A stretch of DNA of 64,000 nucleotides from Lachnospiraceae bacterium (GCA_014804655.1 JAAUZK010000014.1:65704-129703); one strand, 5' to 3'; positions 29,796 through 41,312 are shown, counted from the stretch's first letter. Program-made: numbers and translations. Notes: generated by a model from the sequence alone, not told the origin.

Positions 29796-30563
29796 ATGAA
29801 TGTAGGACAGGCAGAACCTGTGATCAGAGTCAAGGATCTGTATAAGATATACCGGGTCGGAGAGACCAAGGTGCGGGCGCTAAACGGTGTCAGCTTTACC
29901 ATCAACCGCGGGGATTTCTGTTCCATCGTGGGAACCTCCGGCTCCGGTAAATCCACACTCCTGAACATGTTGGCAGGACTTGAAAAGCCGACGAAAGGAG
30001 AGATCGTGATCGCCGGGGAGCATATGGAGACAAAAACAGAAAATCAATTGGTGGCGTTCAGGCGGGAACATATTGGGTTCATCTTTCAGTCGTTTAATCT
30101 GATGGGAACGATGAATGCTATTGAAAATGTGGCGCTGCCCCTCACTTTTCAGGGGATGGACAAGAAGAAGCGCAATGCCAGAGCGGAGGAGATGCTTGAT
30201 CTGGTCGGGCTGACGAAGCATAAGAAGCACAGGCCGAATCAGATGTCCGGCGGACAGCAGCAGCGTGTCGGCGTGGCGCGTGCGCTGGTTGTGGAGCCGG
30301 AGATCATCTTCGCAGATGAGCCCACCGGTAATCTGGATTCCAACACTTCGGTGGAAGTGATGAATCTGATGAAAAAGGTGGTGCGGGAGAAGAACCAGAC
30401 GCTTGTTATGGTAACGCATGATAATTATCTGGCAGGATTTGCGGATATCGTCCTGCGGATCAAGGATGGGAAGATCATCGAGATCGAGGACAGGCGCGGG
30501 GAAGATATGCCGGATCAAATAGGGGTAAAAGAGGAGCAGGAAAATGAAAAAAAGAGTATGTAA
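29796..30563 (+). CDS. ABC transporter ATP-binding protein (LolD/MacB type)
   Basis: GTSGSGKS, MSGGQQQRV, ADEPTGNLD. Confidence 0.96.
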   Translation: MNVGQAEPVIRVKDLYKIYRVGETKVRALNGVSFTINRGDFCSIVGTSGSGKSTLLNMLAGLEKPTKGEIVIAGEHMETKTENQLVAFRREHIGFIFQSFNLMGTMNAIENVALPLTFQGMDKKKRNARAEEMLDLVGLTKHKKHRPNQMSGGQQQRVGVARALVVEPEIIFADEPTGNLDSNTSVEVMNLMKKVVREKNQTLVMVTHDNYLAGFADIVLRIKDGKIIEIEDRRGEDMPDQIGVKEEQENEKKSM

Positions 30564-30579
30564 TGAGAGAGGAAGCTTC

Positions 30580-32394
30580 ATGATCAGAAGGGCGATAAAC
30601 AGGTTGTTACTTGGCATGGCGCTTTGTGCGACGGCGGTACTGGCGGTTCCTTCGGTGCCGCAGATTTCCGGTGGGATGTCTTATGTGGAGGCTGCAGGGG
30701 AGAGTATTAGCGGTAATTCTACGCCAACGCCTAAGCCGCCGGCTACCGATAATAACAACAATACTGAGACTGTAACCTATAACAATGATAACAACGACAA
30801 CCGAATCATCAATGATGATGACAGAGCGGATGCAGATGAAGATTTGTACTACTATATGCAGAGTCTGGAAATCCGTTATCATCTGGATGCGAAGGTGATG
30901 GAGAATCTCCACAATTTATTTAACAGTGCGGTATACTATATAGCCAACACAGATATGACAGTTGCACAACTGTGGTCTTATGTATCGTCTATCAAAGGTC
31001 AGATGGAATCTACGGCGGTAGCGAATGTCACAGCCACCACCAGTGAGTTCCTTCAAGTCGGAGATAACTGGCAGACCCCCACAGTCAGCGCGGGACAGCA
31101 GGTTGCGATCGTATTGCCTGTGATCAACTTCGGAACGGAGGAGCTGAATGACCTGATCATAGAGCCGCAGACTTCCACGGTGGTGTCAGAGTGGCCTTTC
31201 GAGCCGGATATGACGAATTATCTGCAGACAGAGCCTTTTATTCCGGGTAATAAGACCAAAGAAGCGGCGATGGAAAACAGAAGGGAATTCACTTTTATTT
31301 TTACGGTAAGAAGCGATGTCATGACCGGTTATTATCCGCTGAAATTTAACGTATCTTATACGAAAGCGGGTATCCGCAGTGAGAATCCAGCGGAGCTTAC
31401 CGTATATGTGCAGACCATCGGTAAACCGGGCAGCGGATTTATCGGCGGCAGCGGGCAGGAGACGACAGGGTCTAAGCCGCGTATCGTGGTGACCGGATTC
31501 GAGACGAATCCTGCGGAGGTATTTGCAGGTGATACATTTACACTGACAATACATGTAAAGAACACGGCCAAGGATCTGGCAGTTACCAATGTACTTTTTG
31601 ATATGCAGGCGGCGGCGGAAGGTGAGGATAAGACCAATACTTATTCGGCATTCCTGCCGACTTCCGGTGCGAGCTCCGTCTATATGGACAGCATTGCGGC
31701 AAACACCGCGGCGGATATCATAATCGAGATGACGGCGAAGGCCGATCTGGCGCAGAAGCCTTACGTGTTGGATGTCAATATGAAATATGACGCAGGTGTC
31801 ATGTTTGACCTGACGGATAAGGCCAGTGTGTCCATACCGATCTCTCAGGAGAGCCGGTTCGACACGAGCATACCTGAGGTAGTTCCCACGGATATTACGG
31901 TGGGCGGGCAGTCTAACGTAATGTTCAGCATCTATAATACGGGTAAGACGACGCTCTATAACGTACAGGTGAAATTTGTTGCGGACTCCATCGATGAGGC
32001 CTCGGCTTTTGTAGGCAATCTGCAGTCGGGTGCGACCGGTAACGTGGATGTGATGCTGACCGGTATAGCGGCTACCATGGATGACGGAACGATCAATATG
32101 CAGATATCTTACGAGGATGATGCGGGCAATGTGACCACCACGGAGAAGCCGATCACGCTGTTCGTATCGGAGGAGTTTTTCGATGACATGATGATGGATG
32201 GCGATATGATGATGGATGGTGACATGATGATGGGCGAAGAGGGCAGTCAGAGTAAAAAAGGTCTGATTATTGCAATCATCGCGGTTGTCGTTGCGGCAGC
32301 AGTTGCGGGAGTGATCGTATTCTTACAGATCCGTAAGAAGAAAAAGGCGGCACAGCTGCTTGCGGAGGATCTGGCGGATCTGGACGATAATTGA
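30580..32394 (+). CDS. Surface protein with Ig-like/S-layer-like (COG1361-like) domains and a C-terminal TM anchor
   Basis: Signal peptide, beta-rich repeats, C-terminal TM followed by KKKK; sits between the ABC ATPase and permease. Confidence 0.75.
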   Translation: MIRRAINRLLLGMALCATAVLAVPSVPQISGGMSYVEAAGESISGNSTPTPKPPATDNNNNTETVTYNNDNNDNRIINDDDRADADEDLYYYMQSLEIRYHLDAKVMENLHNLFNSAVYYIANTDMTVAQLWSYVSSIKGQMESTAVANVTATTSEFLQVGDNWQTPTVSAGQQVAIVLPVINFGTEELNDLIIEPQTSTVVSEWPFEPDMTNYLQTEPFIPGNKTKEAAMENRREFTFIFTVRSDVMTGYYPLKFNVSYTKAGIRSENPAELTVYVQTIGKPGSGFIGGSGQETTGSKPRIVVTGFETNPAEVFAGDTFTLTIHVKNTAKDLAVTNVLFDMQAAAEGEDKTNTYSAFLPTSGASSVYMDSIAANTAADIIIEMTAKADLAQKPYVLDVNMKYDAGVMFDLTDKASVSIPISQESRFDTSIPEVVPTDITVGGQSNVMFSIYNTGKTTLYNVQVKFVADSIDEASAFVGNLQSGATGNVDVMLTGIAATMDDGTINMQISYEDDAGNVTTTEKPITLFVSEEFFDDMMMDGDMMMDGDMMMGEEGSQSKKGLIIAIIAVVVAAAVAGVIVFLQIRKKKKAAQLLAEDLADLDDN

Positions 32395-32453
32395 TTGAAA
32401 AATCAGAGATTTTTCAATCGCAAATTTGTGCCTTGCGGCGACAAATTCGCAGG
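32393..32453. repeat. 61-bp double-hairpin repeat, copy 1
   Basis: gattgaaaaatc-aga-gatttttcaatc plus gcaaatttgt-gccttgcggc-g-acaaattcgc; 60/61 identical to 59893-59953. Confidence 0.9.
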
Positions 32454-32466
32454 CTAAGAGAAAGGC

Positions 32467-33828
32467 ATGGGTATTGGTATGAAATTCCTTGACCTGCTGC
32501 GGATGAGCGGCGGTAATTTGTGGAAAAGAAAAATAAGAACCGTATTGACGGTATTAGGCGTGGTCATCGGTGTGGCTTCTATCGTGGTTATGGTTTCGCT
32601 GGGACTGGGACTTAGCCGGACACAGCTGGAACAGATAGAATCATACGGGAGCCTGACACAGATCACGGTGCGGGAACCGTGGAACAGTGACAGCTCGGAA
32701 GAAAAACGGCTGGATGATAATTTGGTACGGGAGCTTGAGAGCTTAGAACATGTAGATTCGGTCTGTCCGGTTTTGGAAACCAATGCCATAGCCAAGTACG
32801 GCAGTTATCAGGGATATTTACAAATCAGAGGTATGCCGAAGGAAACTTTTGATGAGATGAATATTAATGTCGGACAGGGCCGGTTGCCCGGTGACGATGA
32901 GACACTCACATTTTTCTACGGCAACGAGGTACTTCAGAATTTTTATAATACCAAAGGCAGCGGAGGAAGTTATTGGGAGACCGGTGTTCTGCCGGATATC
33001 GACCTGATGAATGATACGATCTTCGTGATATTTGATACGAATGCATACTGGTCTGCAGGCAGCACGACAGAAGACGGACAGACCATACCGCAGCCGAAAA
33101 AGTATATGATCGAAGCCTGCGGAGTGGAAGCCCCTAATGCTGAGAACAGCTGGTCACAGTACGGCTGGTATACTTACTGCGATCTGGAACAGTTGACTGC
33201 GCAGCTTAAGAAGATATTCAAAAACAAAGTGATTCCCGGGCAGCCTACAACTAAGACGGGCAAGCCTTACAAGGAAATATTTTACAGTGAGCTGGATGTG
33301 AATGTGGATGATCTGAATAATGTCATGGAAGTACAGAATTATCTGACAGATCTGGGATATGAGGCATACAGCAATGCAGAGTGGGTGGAATCGAGCCAGC
33401 GGTCCATGGGTACGATACAGATGGTGCTTGGCGGTATCGGCGCGGTGTCACTGTTCGTGGCGGCGATCGGTATTACCAATACGATGATGATGTCCATCTA
33501 TGAGCGGACGAAGGAGATCGGAGTTATGAAAGTGCTGGGCTGCGATCTGCGTAATATCCGGAGCCTGTTCCTGATGGAAGCGGGATTCATCGGGCTGATA
33601 GGCGGATGTATCGGATTAGGGTTGAGTTTTGCGATATCTGCCGTGATCAATAAGCTGGCACAGGCCTCGCAGGATATGATGCTGGGAGATTCGAGTATCT
33701 CCTATATTCCGGTCTGGCTGATGGGACTGTCACTGATATTTGCGATTCTGGTAGGTATGCTGGCAGGATTCTTCCCGGCGAGAAGAGCAATGAAGCTGAG
33801 TCCGCTGGCGGCAATCAGAAATGAGTAG
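32467..33828 (+). CDS. ABC transporter permease (MacB/FtsX family)
   Basis: RTVLTVLGVVIGVAS; GITNTMMMSIYERTKEIGVMKVLG; PARRAMKLSPLAAIR. Confidence 0.95.
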   Translation: MGIGMKFLDLLRMSGGNLWKRKIRTVLTVLGVVIGVASIVVMVSLGLGLSRTQLEQIESYGSLTQITVREPWNSDSSEEKRLDDNLVRELESLEHVDSVCPVLETNAIAKYGSYQGYLQIRGMPKETFDEMNINVGQGRLPGDDETLTFFYGNEVLQNFYNTKGSGGSYWETGVLPDIDLMNDTIFVIFDTNAYWSAGSTTEDGQTIPQPKKYMIEACGVEAPNAENSWSQYGWYTYCDLEQLTAQLKKIFKNKVIPGQPTTKTGKPYKEIFYSELDVNVDDLNNVMEVQNYLTDLGYEAYSNAEWVESSQRSMGTIQMVLGGIGAVSLFVAAIGITNTMMMSIYERTKEIGVMKVLGCDLRNIRSLFLMEAGFIGLIGGCIGLGLSFAISAVINKLAQASQDMMLGDSSISYIPVWLMGLSLIFAILVGMLAGFFPARRAMKLSPLAAIRNE

Positions 33829-33855
33829 GAAAAAACAATAAAATAGGATAAGTAA

Positions 33856-35325
<1,470 letters not shown>

Positions 35326-35326
35326 A

Positions 35327-35381
35327 GTAACTGTTCAGAAGGTGCTTCGTAACTGTGAAGAACAGGGTTTTGAACAGTTAC
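35327..35381. repeat. REP-like inverted repeat gtaactgttca…tgaacagttac
   Basis: Perfect 11-bp IR; a half-copy ctgaacagttac occurs at 42063-42074. Confidence 0.7.
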
Positions 35382-35402
35382 GATATAAAGATTTTAGGAA
35401 GA

Positions 35403-35456
35403 GGCCGGGATATGCAGGGCAAGTGGGAACGCCTACATGCATTATTCCGGCTTTTT
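35403..35456 (+). terminator. Intrinsic terminator after eno
   Basis: ggccggga…ttccggcttttt. Confidence 0.65.
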
Positions 35457-35594
35457 GACGTTTATAAATTCAGGGTTTACGATCCTGACGGAATTTGGCG
35501 AAAAGACAGCTTTTAGTTTTATATAATATCTGTTACAATGTAGAAACATGAATATATTTCGGAGTACATAGGGAAGTACGAAAGGCAAGGTTAT

Positions 35595-37049
35595 ATGTTG
35601 CAGATTCTGAAAAGCAATAAAGCACAATATGAATATGATATCCATGCGCTGGTGAAGGCGTTCTATCCTGCGTGGGAACTTAAGGTTCTCACACCGGAAT
35701 CCGTGGTGAAGGACAGAAGAATACGGGATACAGCTCCGATGATGGAACTGGAGTTTGGAGAGACAGAAGTAAAATTTACTATATCTCAACATATATATAC
35801 TTGGTATTGTACAGAGTCGGCGGATACGGCCGAATATAAGAATGAATTTAAACGATTTTTATACAATGCACTTCAGGAGGAAACCGGCATATCGCTGCCA
35901 TGGGGGAATCTGACGGGCATTCGCCCGACTAAGATTGCCATGACTATGTTGGAAAAGGGTGAGAGCGAACAGGATGTGGCGGCATTCCTCCGGGAAAAGC
36001 ACTTTGTCAGCGAGGAAAAGATTGCCTTGGCAATTGACATTGCGAAGCGGGAACGTGGGATTTTAAGCAGACTCCACTATGAGAACGGCTATAGCCTCTA
36101 TATAGGCATTCCTTTTTGCCCGACTACCTGTTTGTACTGTTCATTTACTTCTTATCCGATCAGTGTGTGGAGAGAGCGGGTGGCGGATTATCTGACGGCG
36201 CTCGAGCAGGAGATGGAGGCGGTAGCGCAGATACAGCAGGGAAAGATTCTGGACACCGTTTACGTGGGTGGTGGTACACCCACAGCGCTGTCCGCGGATG
36301 AATTGGACAGACTGATTACAAAATTAAAAAGCATTTTTGATTTTAGCACCGTACAGGAATTTACGGTGGAGGCAGGGCGCGCGGACAGCATCACAGAAGA
36401 TAAATTAAGAGTGCTCCGTCGACATGGCGTTACAAGGATATCCGTGAATCCGCAGACTATGAAACAGGAGACACTGAAGTTGATCGGCAGGCAGCATACG
36501 GTAGAGCAGGTGATAGAAGCTTTCCGGCTGGCGCGTAAGGTCGGATTCGATAATATCAACATGGATATCATACTGGGGCTTCCGGGAGAGACCAAAGAAG
36601 ACGTGGAGGGGACGATAGAAGCGATCCTTGCTTTGGCACCGGATTCTCTGACTGTGCATTCCCTTGCGGTGAAGCGGGCTTCCGGTCTGCATAAGTGGAT
36701 CGAGGAAAACGGTGTTACCGCCTACAACAACACGGAGGAGACCATGCGGATTGCGGCAGCAGGCGCACGGGCCATGGGCATGGAGCCTTATTATCTGTAC
36801 CGGCAGAAAAATATGTCGGGCAATTTTGAGAATGTGGGGTATTCCGTGAAGGATAAGTATGGGATCTATAATATTTTAATTATGGAGGAGATGCAGACTA
36901 TTGTTGCGTTGGGAGCGGGTTCTATCACGAAAAGGGTGTATCCCGACGGACGGATTGAACGCTGTGAGAATGTGAAGGAAGTGGCGCAGTATATCGAGAG
37001 AATCGATGAGATGATTGAGCGTAAGAAAAGGCTGTTAGACTATCTCTGA
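35595..37049 (+). CDS. hemZ: Radical SAM coproporphyrinogen III oxidase-like protein HemZ
   Basis: LPWGNLTGIRPTK N-domain; YIGIPFCPTTCLYCSF (CxxxCxxC); GGGTPT; PYYLYRQK. Confidence 0.93.
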   Translation: MLQILKSNKAQYEYDIHALVKAFYPAWELKVLTPESVVKDRRIRDTAPMMELEFGETEVKFTISQHIYTWYCTESADTAEYKNEFKRFLYNALQEETGISLPWGNLTGIRPTKIAMTMLEKGESEQDVAAFLREKHFVSEEKIALAIDIAKRERGILSRLHYENGYSLYIGIPFCPTTCLYCSFTSYPISVWRERVADYLTALEQEMEAVAQIQQGKILDTVYVGGGTPTALSADELDRLITKLKSIFDFSTVQEFTVEAGRADSITEDKLRVLRRHGVTRISVNPQTMKQETLKLIGRQHTVEQVIEAFRLARKVGFDNINMDIILGLPGETKEDVEGTIEAILALAPDSLTVHSLAVKRASGLHKWIEENGVTAYNNTEETMRIAAAGARAMGMEPYYLYRQKNMSGNFENVGYSVKDKYGIYNILIMEEMQTIVALGAGSITKRVYPDGRIERCENVKEVAQYIERIDEMIERKKRLLDYL

Positions 37050-37110
37050 CCGGATTTTTTAAGAACTAAAATACAGTAGAGAAAACAGAACTTTGCAGGA
37101 GTGCTGGGCG

Positions 37111-38982
37111 ATGGATATTGAATCTTATGGAAACGGTGTCGAACTGTTAGTATCAATTCCGCAATGCGAAACATGTGAAAACTATATAAAGGGGGATCTG
37201 TTGCATTGCAGGTGTTATGATTGGGAGCTGAAACTTAGGGTGACCGAGGATGAAACAGAGCCCGAAGATCAAATTCCGCAATGCGAAACATGTGAAAATT
37301 ATATAACAGGTGATCTGTCACATTGTAAGTGTTATGACTGGGAGCTAAGACTTAGCGAAACTGAGGACAAAATAGAAACCGAAGATAAAAAGATAGTTAA
37401 GAATAGAAATGTGGTGACCGCATATTTTTTAGATAGCCGTATGTGGATGTGGCATTATGCCATTGTGGCAGTGTTGATAGGGTGCGTTGCGTACTGGTTC
37501 TATTGCCAGCCAAGATTCCATGATCTGACAGTGGAGCTGGGAACTGAGACTATCAGTGTCGAGTCCTTTATGACAGAGTTTGCGGATGCCCGAAATGCCG
37601 GTATTGTCACAGATCTTTCTACGGTAGATATCAGCGTGACGGGAAGTATTCCCCTGACGCTGAGAAGCGGCCGCAAGGATGAGATGGTCACGCTGACCAT
37701 AGAAGACACGACACCTCCGGAGGCGGAGTTTATTTCATGGATGCAGAAGCCGCCTGATTATACACCGGATCCATATGATTTTGTAGTATCTTATTATGAC
37801 CTTTCGGATGTCAAGGTCTATTTTGCTGAGAATGTGGCTGTTTCGCCGGATTATGAAGACCAGAGTTTTACTGTGGTAGTGGAAGATGCATCTGGAAATG
37901 CCGTTTCGCAGGTATGCACCCTCTCCATCGTATGGATGAAAAGTGAATATACGATGGAACTGGGAGAGTCACTGAGTAAGGAGGATTTGCTCTATGATTC
38001 GGATCGGGACGGCTACAGGATTGACCAGAGCGATATTGATGTCATCAATGAATCCGGGGTAGGCGAGTATATGGTTGCCAGTCTAGTGGATGAAAATGTC
38101 TGTAAAGTTCGCGTGGCAGATACCACGCCGCCGGAACTGTCTGTAACAGATATTTCTGTTTTTAAAGGAAAGAAGGTCACTGTAGACGACTTTGTAGAGA
38201 CCTGTTCTGATATCTCAGGGGACGTAGAGGTGAGTCTCGTGACGGAGCCGGATGTGGACACTCCGGGCGTGCAGACAATGACGATTAAAGCCACGGATAT
38301 CAACGGAAATACCGCCACGGCTACGGCCACATTAGCAGTAGTACGGGATAAAAAACCTCCGGTCATCAAAGGACTCACCACCTTAAGCGTCGCCAAGCAC
38401 TCTGTCCCGGACTATCTTGCCGGTGTCAGTGCAATAGATGTTGCGGATGGAGCCTGCGAAGTGACATATGATGCCGGCAGAGTGGATCTTACTGTTGCGG
38501 GAACATATTTTGTCACCTATACGTCGAAGGACAAGGATGGGAACATAGCTACATCGAAGAGGACAGTAGTAGTGGGCCATGATCAGGAGGATACTGACGC
38601 GCTGGCAGCCTCCATCGCGGCAGGACTTAGCAGTGATCCGGAGGCGATCAGGGACTATGTTCGTAATACTATTAGGTACAGTCATAATTCCGGCGGAGAT
38701 GATCCGGTATGGTACGGGTTTACCAACAAGTCGGGAGACTGTTTGGTTCATGCTCTCTGTCTGCAGAGCCTTTTGTCGAAAAAGGGTTATGAGACACGGC
38801 TGATCTGGGTGACCAATAGGTCGCATTACTGGCTGATCATTCATTTGAACGGGGTATGGCGGCACATCGACGCGACACCGGGCAACTGGCATACGAGGTA
38901 TAGCCTGATGACGGACGAGCAGAGATATTCCATATTACAGGGAAGGGACTGGGATCGTTCTGCATGGCCAGCGTGTGAATAG
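37111..38982 (+). CDS. Membrane-anchored Ig-like repeat protein with C-terminal transglutaminase-like domain
   Basis: Duplicated Cys motif, TM, DTTPP-bounded Ig-like repeats, GDC…HYW…HIDAT Cys-His-Asp triad. Confidence 0.8.
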   Translation: MDIESYGNGVELLVSIPQCETCENYIKGDLLHCRCYDWELKLRVTEDETEPEDQIPQCETCENYITGDLSHCKCYDWELRLSETEDKIETEDKKIVKNRNVVTAYFLDSRMWMWHYAIVAVLIGCVAYWFYCQPRFHDLTVELGTETISVESFMTEFADARNAGIVTDLSTVDISVTGSIPLTLRSGRKDEMVTLTIEDTTPPEAEFISWMQKPPDYTPDPYDFVVSYYDLSDVKVYFAENVAVSPDYEDQSFTVVVEDASGNAVSQVCTLSIVWMKSEYTMELGESLSKEDLLYDSDRDGYRIDQSDIDVINESGVGEYMVASLVDENVCKVRVADTTPPELSVTDISVFKGKKVTVDDFVETCSDISGDVEVSLVTEPDVDTPGVQTMTIKATDINGNTATATATLAVVRDKKPPVIKGLTTLSVAKHSVPDYLAGVSAIDVADGACEVTYDAGRVDLTVAGTYFVTYTSKDKDGNIATSKRTVVVGHDQEDTDALAASIAAGLSSDPEAIRDYVRNTIRYSHNSGGDDPVWYGFTNKSGDCLVHALCLQSLLSKKGYETRLIWVTNRSHYWLIIHLNGVWRHIDATPGNWHTRYSLMTDEQRYSILQGRDWDRSAWPACE

Positions 38983-40246
38983 GGCAATGGTGATTAATCT
39001 GATTCTTTTATTTGTAGGGCTGGCGGTGTATGCAGGATATGGCATATCGGTGCTGTATCTGCTTACCGTAACCTTGTTAAGTTATCTGGCAGGGCGGCTG
39101 ATTCCAAGACACCGCTGGGTCATGTGGGTCTGTACGGTCCTGCAGGCACTGCTGCTTCTCTTGCTGAGGATGCAGCATCGACTGCAATATCCATTGCTCA
39201 TCGCTCCAATCGGTATTTCTTATTTTACGCTTCAGATCATGGCGTATCATGTGGATTTATACCGGGGCAAATATGAGCCGGAGAAAAATATACTGCGCTT
39301 TGGTCTGTTTGTCACATGGTTGCCTCATATCTTCATTGGACCGATCGAACCTTACCCCCAAATGCGCGCCGCATTGGAGGAAAGGCATATCAGCGGGGAG
39401 GATTTTTTGAAAGGCGCGGTCCGTAGTCTGTGGGGATTGTTTAAGAAACTGGTGATCGCTGCCAGACTCGGCGTGGTCGTGTCCGCAATTTCTGCAGATC
39501 CGGAGCTGTTTAACGGCGCATACGCCCTTGCGGCAATGCTTCTCTATTCGGTTCAACTATATGCCGATTTTTCCGGAGGGATTGATATTGTCCTCGGAGT
39601 ATCCCGAATGCTGGGTATACGAATGAGTGAAAATTTCGATGCACCTTATTTTTCACAGTCTATCCCGGAATTTTGGCGTCGATGGCATATGACGCTGGGC
39701 AACTGGCTTCGGGAGTATGTGTATATTCCACTGGGCGGCAGCCGCAAGGGGAAAACACGGAAATTCCTGAATACCATGGTGACATTTCTGATTTCCGGTA
39801 TCTGGCATGGCGGTGGGTATATTTTATGGGGCTTGCTACATGGCATATTAGTCTTTATCGGAGACAAATTCAAGACAAAGAGCAGAGCATTGAACAGTAC
39901 TGTCACGTTCCTGCTGGTCAGCTTTTTGTGGTCATTTTTTATCTGGCCGGATACGGCTGCCGTATTACGGATGACAGGCTCTGTGTTTACTGTCTTTAAT
40001 TACAATATTTTCTTCGCGGGAATCAGCGGGATGGGGCTTACTGTGGGAGATTGGATTGTCTTAGGCGTGGCTTGTCTGCAGCTCTGGCTGTATGACTGGA
40101 AAAGCAGGAGCATGAAAGCAAGGTTCTGTGCATTTTCCCCGGCGGCAAAGGTCAGCGTAATCTGTCTGCTGGCGCTTATAGTTCTTACTTTTGGCATGTA
40201 TGGTATTGGTTTTTCGGCGTCAGAGTTTATATACAGCCGGTTTTAA
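38975..40246 (+). CDS. MBOAT family O-acyltransferase (AlgI/DltB/PatA-like)
   Basis: PIGISYFTLQ, YADFSG, ENFDAPY, EFWRRWHMTL, SGIWHG; C-terminal FIYSRF. Confidence 0.95.
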   Translation: MNRAMVINLILLFVGLAVYAGYGISVLYLLTVTLLSYLAGRLIPRHRWVMWVCTVLQALLLLLLRMQHRLQYPLLIAPIGISYFTLQIMAYHVDLYRGKYEPEKNILRFGLFVTWLPHIFIGPIEPYPQMRAALEERHISGEDFLKGAVRSLWGLFKKLVIAARLGVVVSAISADPELFNGAYALAAMLLYSVQLYADFSGGIDIVLGVSRMLGIRMSENFDAPYFSQSIPEFWRRWHMTLGNWLREYVYIPLGGSRKGKTRKFLNTMVTFLISGIWHGGGYILWGLLHGILVFIGDKFKTKSRALNSTVTFLLVSFLWSFFIWPDTAAVLRMTGSVFTVFNYNIFFAGISGMGLTVGDWIVLGVACLQLWLYDWKSRSMKARFCAFSPAAKVSVICLLALIVLTFGMYGIGFSASEFIYSRF

Positions 40247-40259
40247 TATGGAGGCAGAT

Positions 40260-41312
40260 ATGAATAAAAAGGGAAAGACCATTCTGTCCGTAGGAGTTGT
40301 TCTGGTCATTTTTTGTATAGTGTTCGTGTTGATATCCATGCTTCTTCAGCCGAAATATATGACGGATCTTGAGGAAGGAAGTTTTATTTCCCAATACTAC
40401 CGGGAAGCGGGGGACCATGATGTCATATTTCTTGGAGACTGTGAGGTATATGCGAACTATTCACCGATGGAGTTGTACCGGGATTACGGAATAACGGCAT
40501 ATGTCAGAGGAACGCCCCAGCAGCTTGTCTGGATGAGCTATTACATAGCAGAAGAAACCTTCCGGTATGAGACACCGCGCGTAATTGTGTTTAATGTGAA
40601 CGCCATGCGTTATTCTGAGCCGGTCAGTGAGGCATATAATCGCCTGACAATCGATCAGATGCGCTGGTCCGGTAGCAAGGTGGGGATTATTCGGACCTCG
40701 ATCACGGAGGAGGAACAGTTCCTTTCCTATGTTTTTCCGATTCTTCGCTATCATTCCCGCTTTGATAAGCTGACGCAGGAGGATTTTTCCTATCTCTTTC
40801 AGGTTAAGGACAACACTTTTAACGGATTCCAACTTCACACGGAGATTGTTCCGGCAGGATCGCTTCCGGTGGAAAAGGTTCTGGCTGATTATCAGTTTAG
40901 AGATATCTGTTACGAATATTTAGATAGGATCCGTCTGCTGTGCGGGGAAAACGGGACAGAGCTGATTCTTGTCAAAGCGCCAAGTCTCTATCCCTACTGG
41001 TACGAGGAATACGATGAACAGATCAGGGAATATGCCGCTGAATACGGGCTTTCGTTTTATAACTTCGGGGAACTGTCTGAGGAGATCGGACTGGATTTTT
41101 CGGAGGATACATATGATGGCGGTTACCACCTGAATCTGTCTGGGGCGGTCAAGTTGTCCAAGTATTTCGGGAATGTTCTGACAAAAGAACACGGGGTGGC
41201 GGATCACCGGCAGGAACCGGAAATCGCTTCTGCCTATGATAAAAAACTACAAGTATACGACGGAATAATTGAAGAAAGTATGAGGAAACAAAATGATAAA
41301 GAAGATAAGTAA
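40260..41312 (+). CDS. SGNH/DltD-like extracytoplasmic acyltransferase partner
   Basis: N-terminal TM, block-I-like FLGDCE, DGGYHLN (DxxH-like). Confidence 0.8.
   Translation: MNKKGKTILSVGVVLVIFCIVFVLISMLLQPKYMTDLEEGSFISQYYREAGDHDVIFLGDCEVYANYSPMELYRDYGITAYVRGTPQQLVWMSYYIAEETFRYETPRVIVFNVNAMRYSEPVSEAYNRLTIDQMRWSGSKVGIIRTSITEEEQFLSYVFPILRYHSRFDKLTQEDFSYLFQVKDNTFNGFQLHTEIVPAGSLPVEKVLADYQFRDICYEYLDRIRLLCGENGTELILVKAPSLYPYWYEEYDEQIREYAAEYGLSFYNFGELSEEIGLDFSEDTYDGGYHLNLSGAVKLSKYFGNVLTKEHGVADHRQEPEIASAYDKKLQVYDGIIEESMRKQNDKEDK

Noticed and set aside
37155-37388. 117-bp duplication as a diversity-generating retroelement TR/VR pair
   Set aside because: Mismatches are not confined to adenines, both copies are in frame in one gene, and no reverse transcriptase is present.
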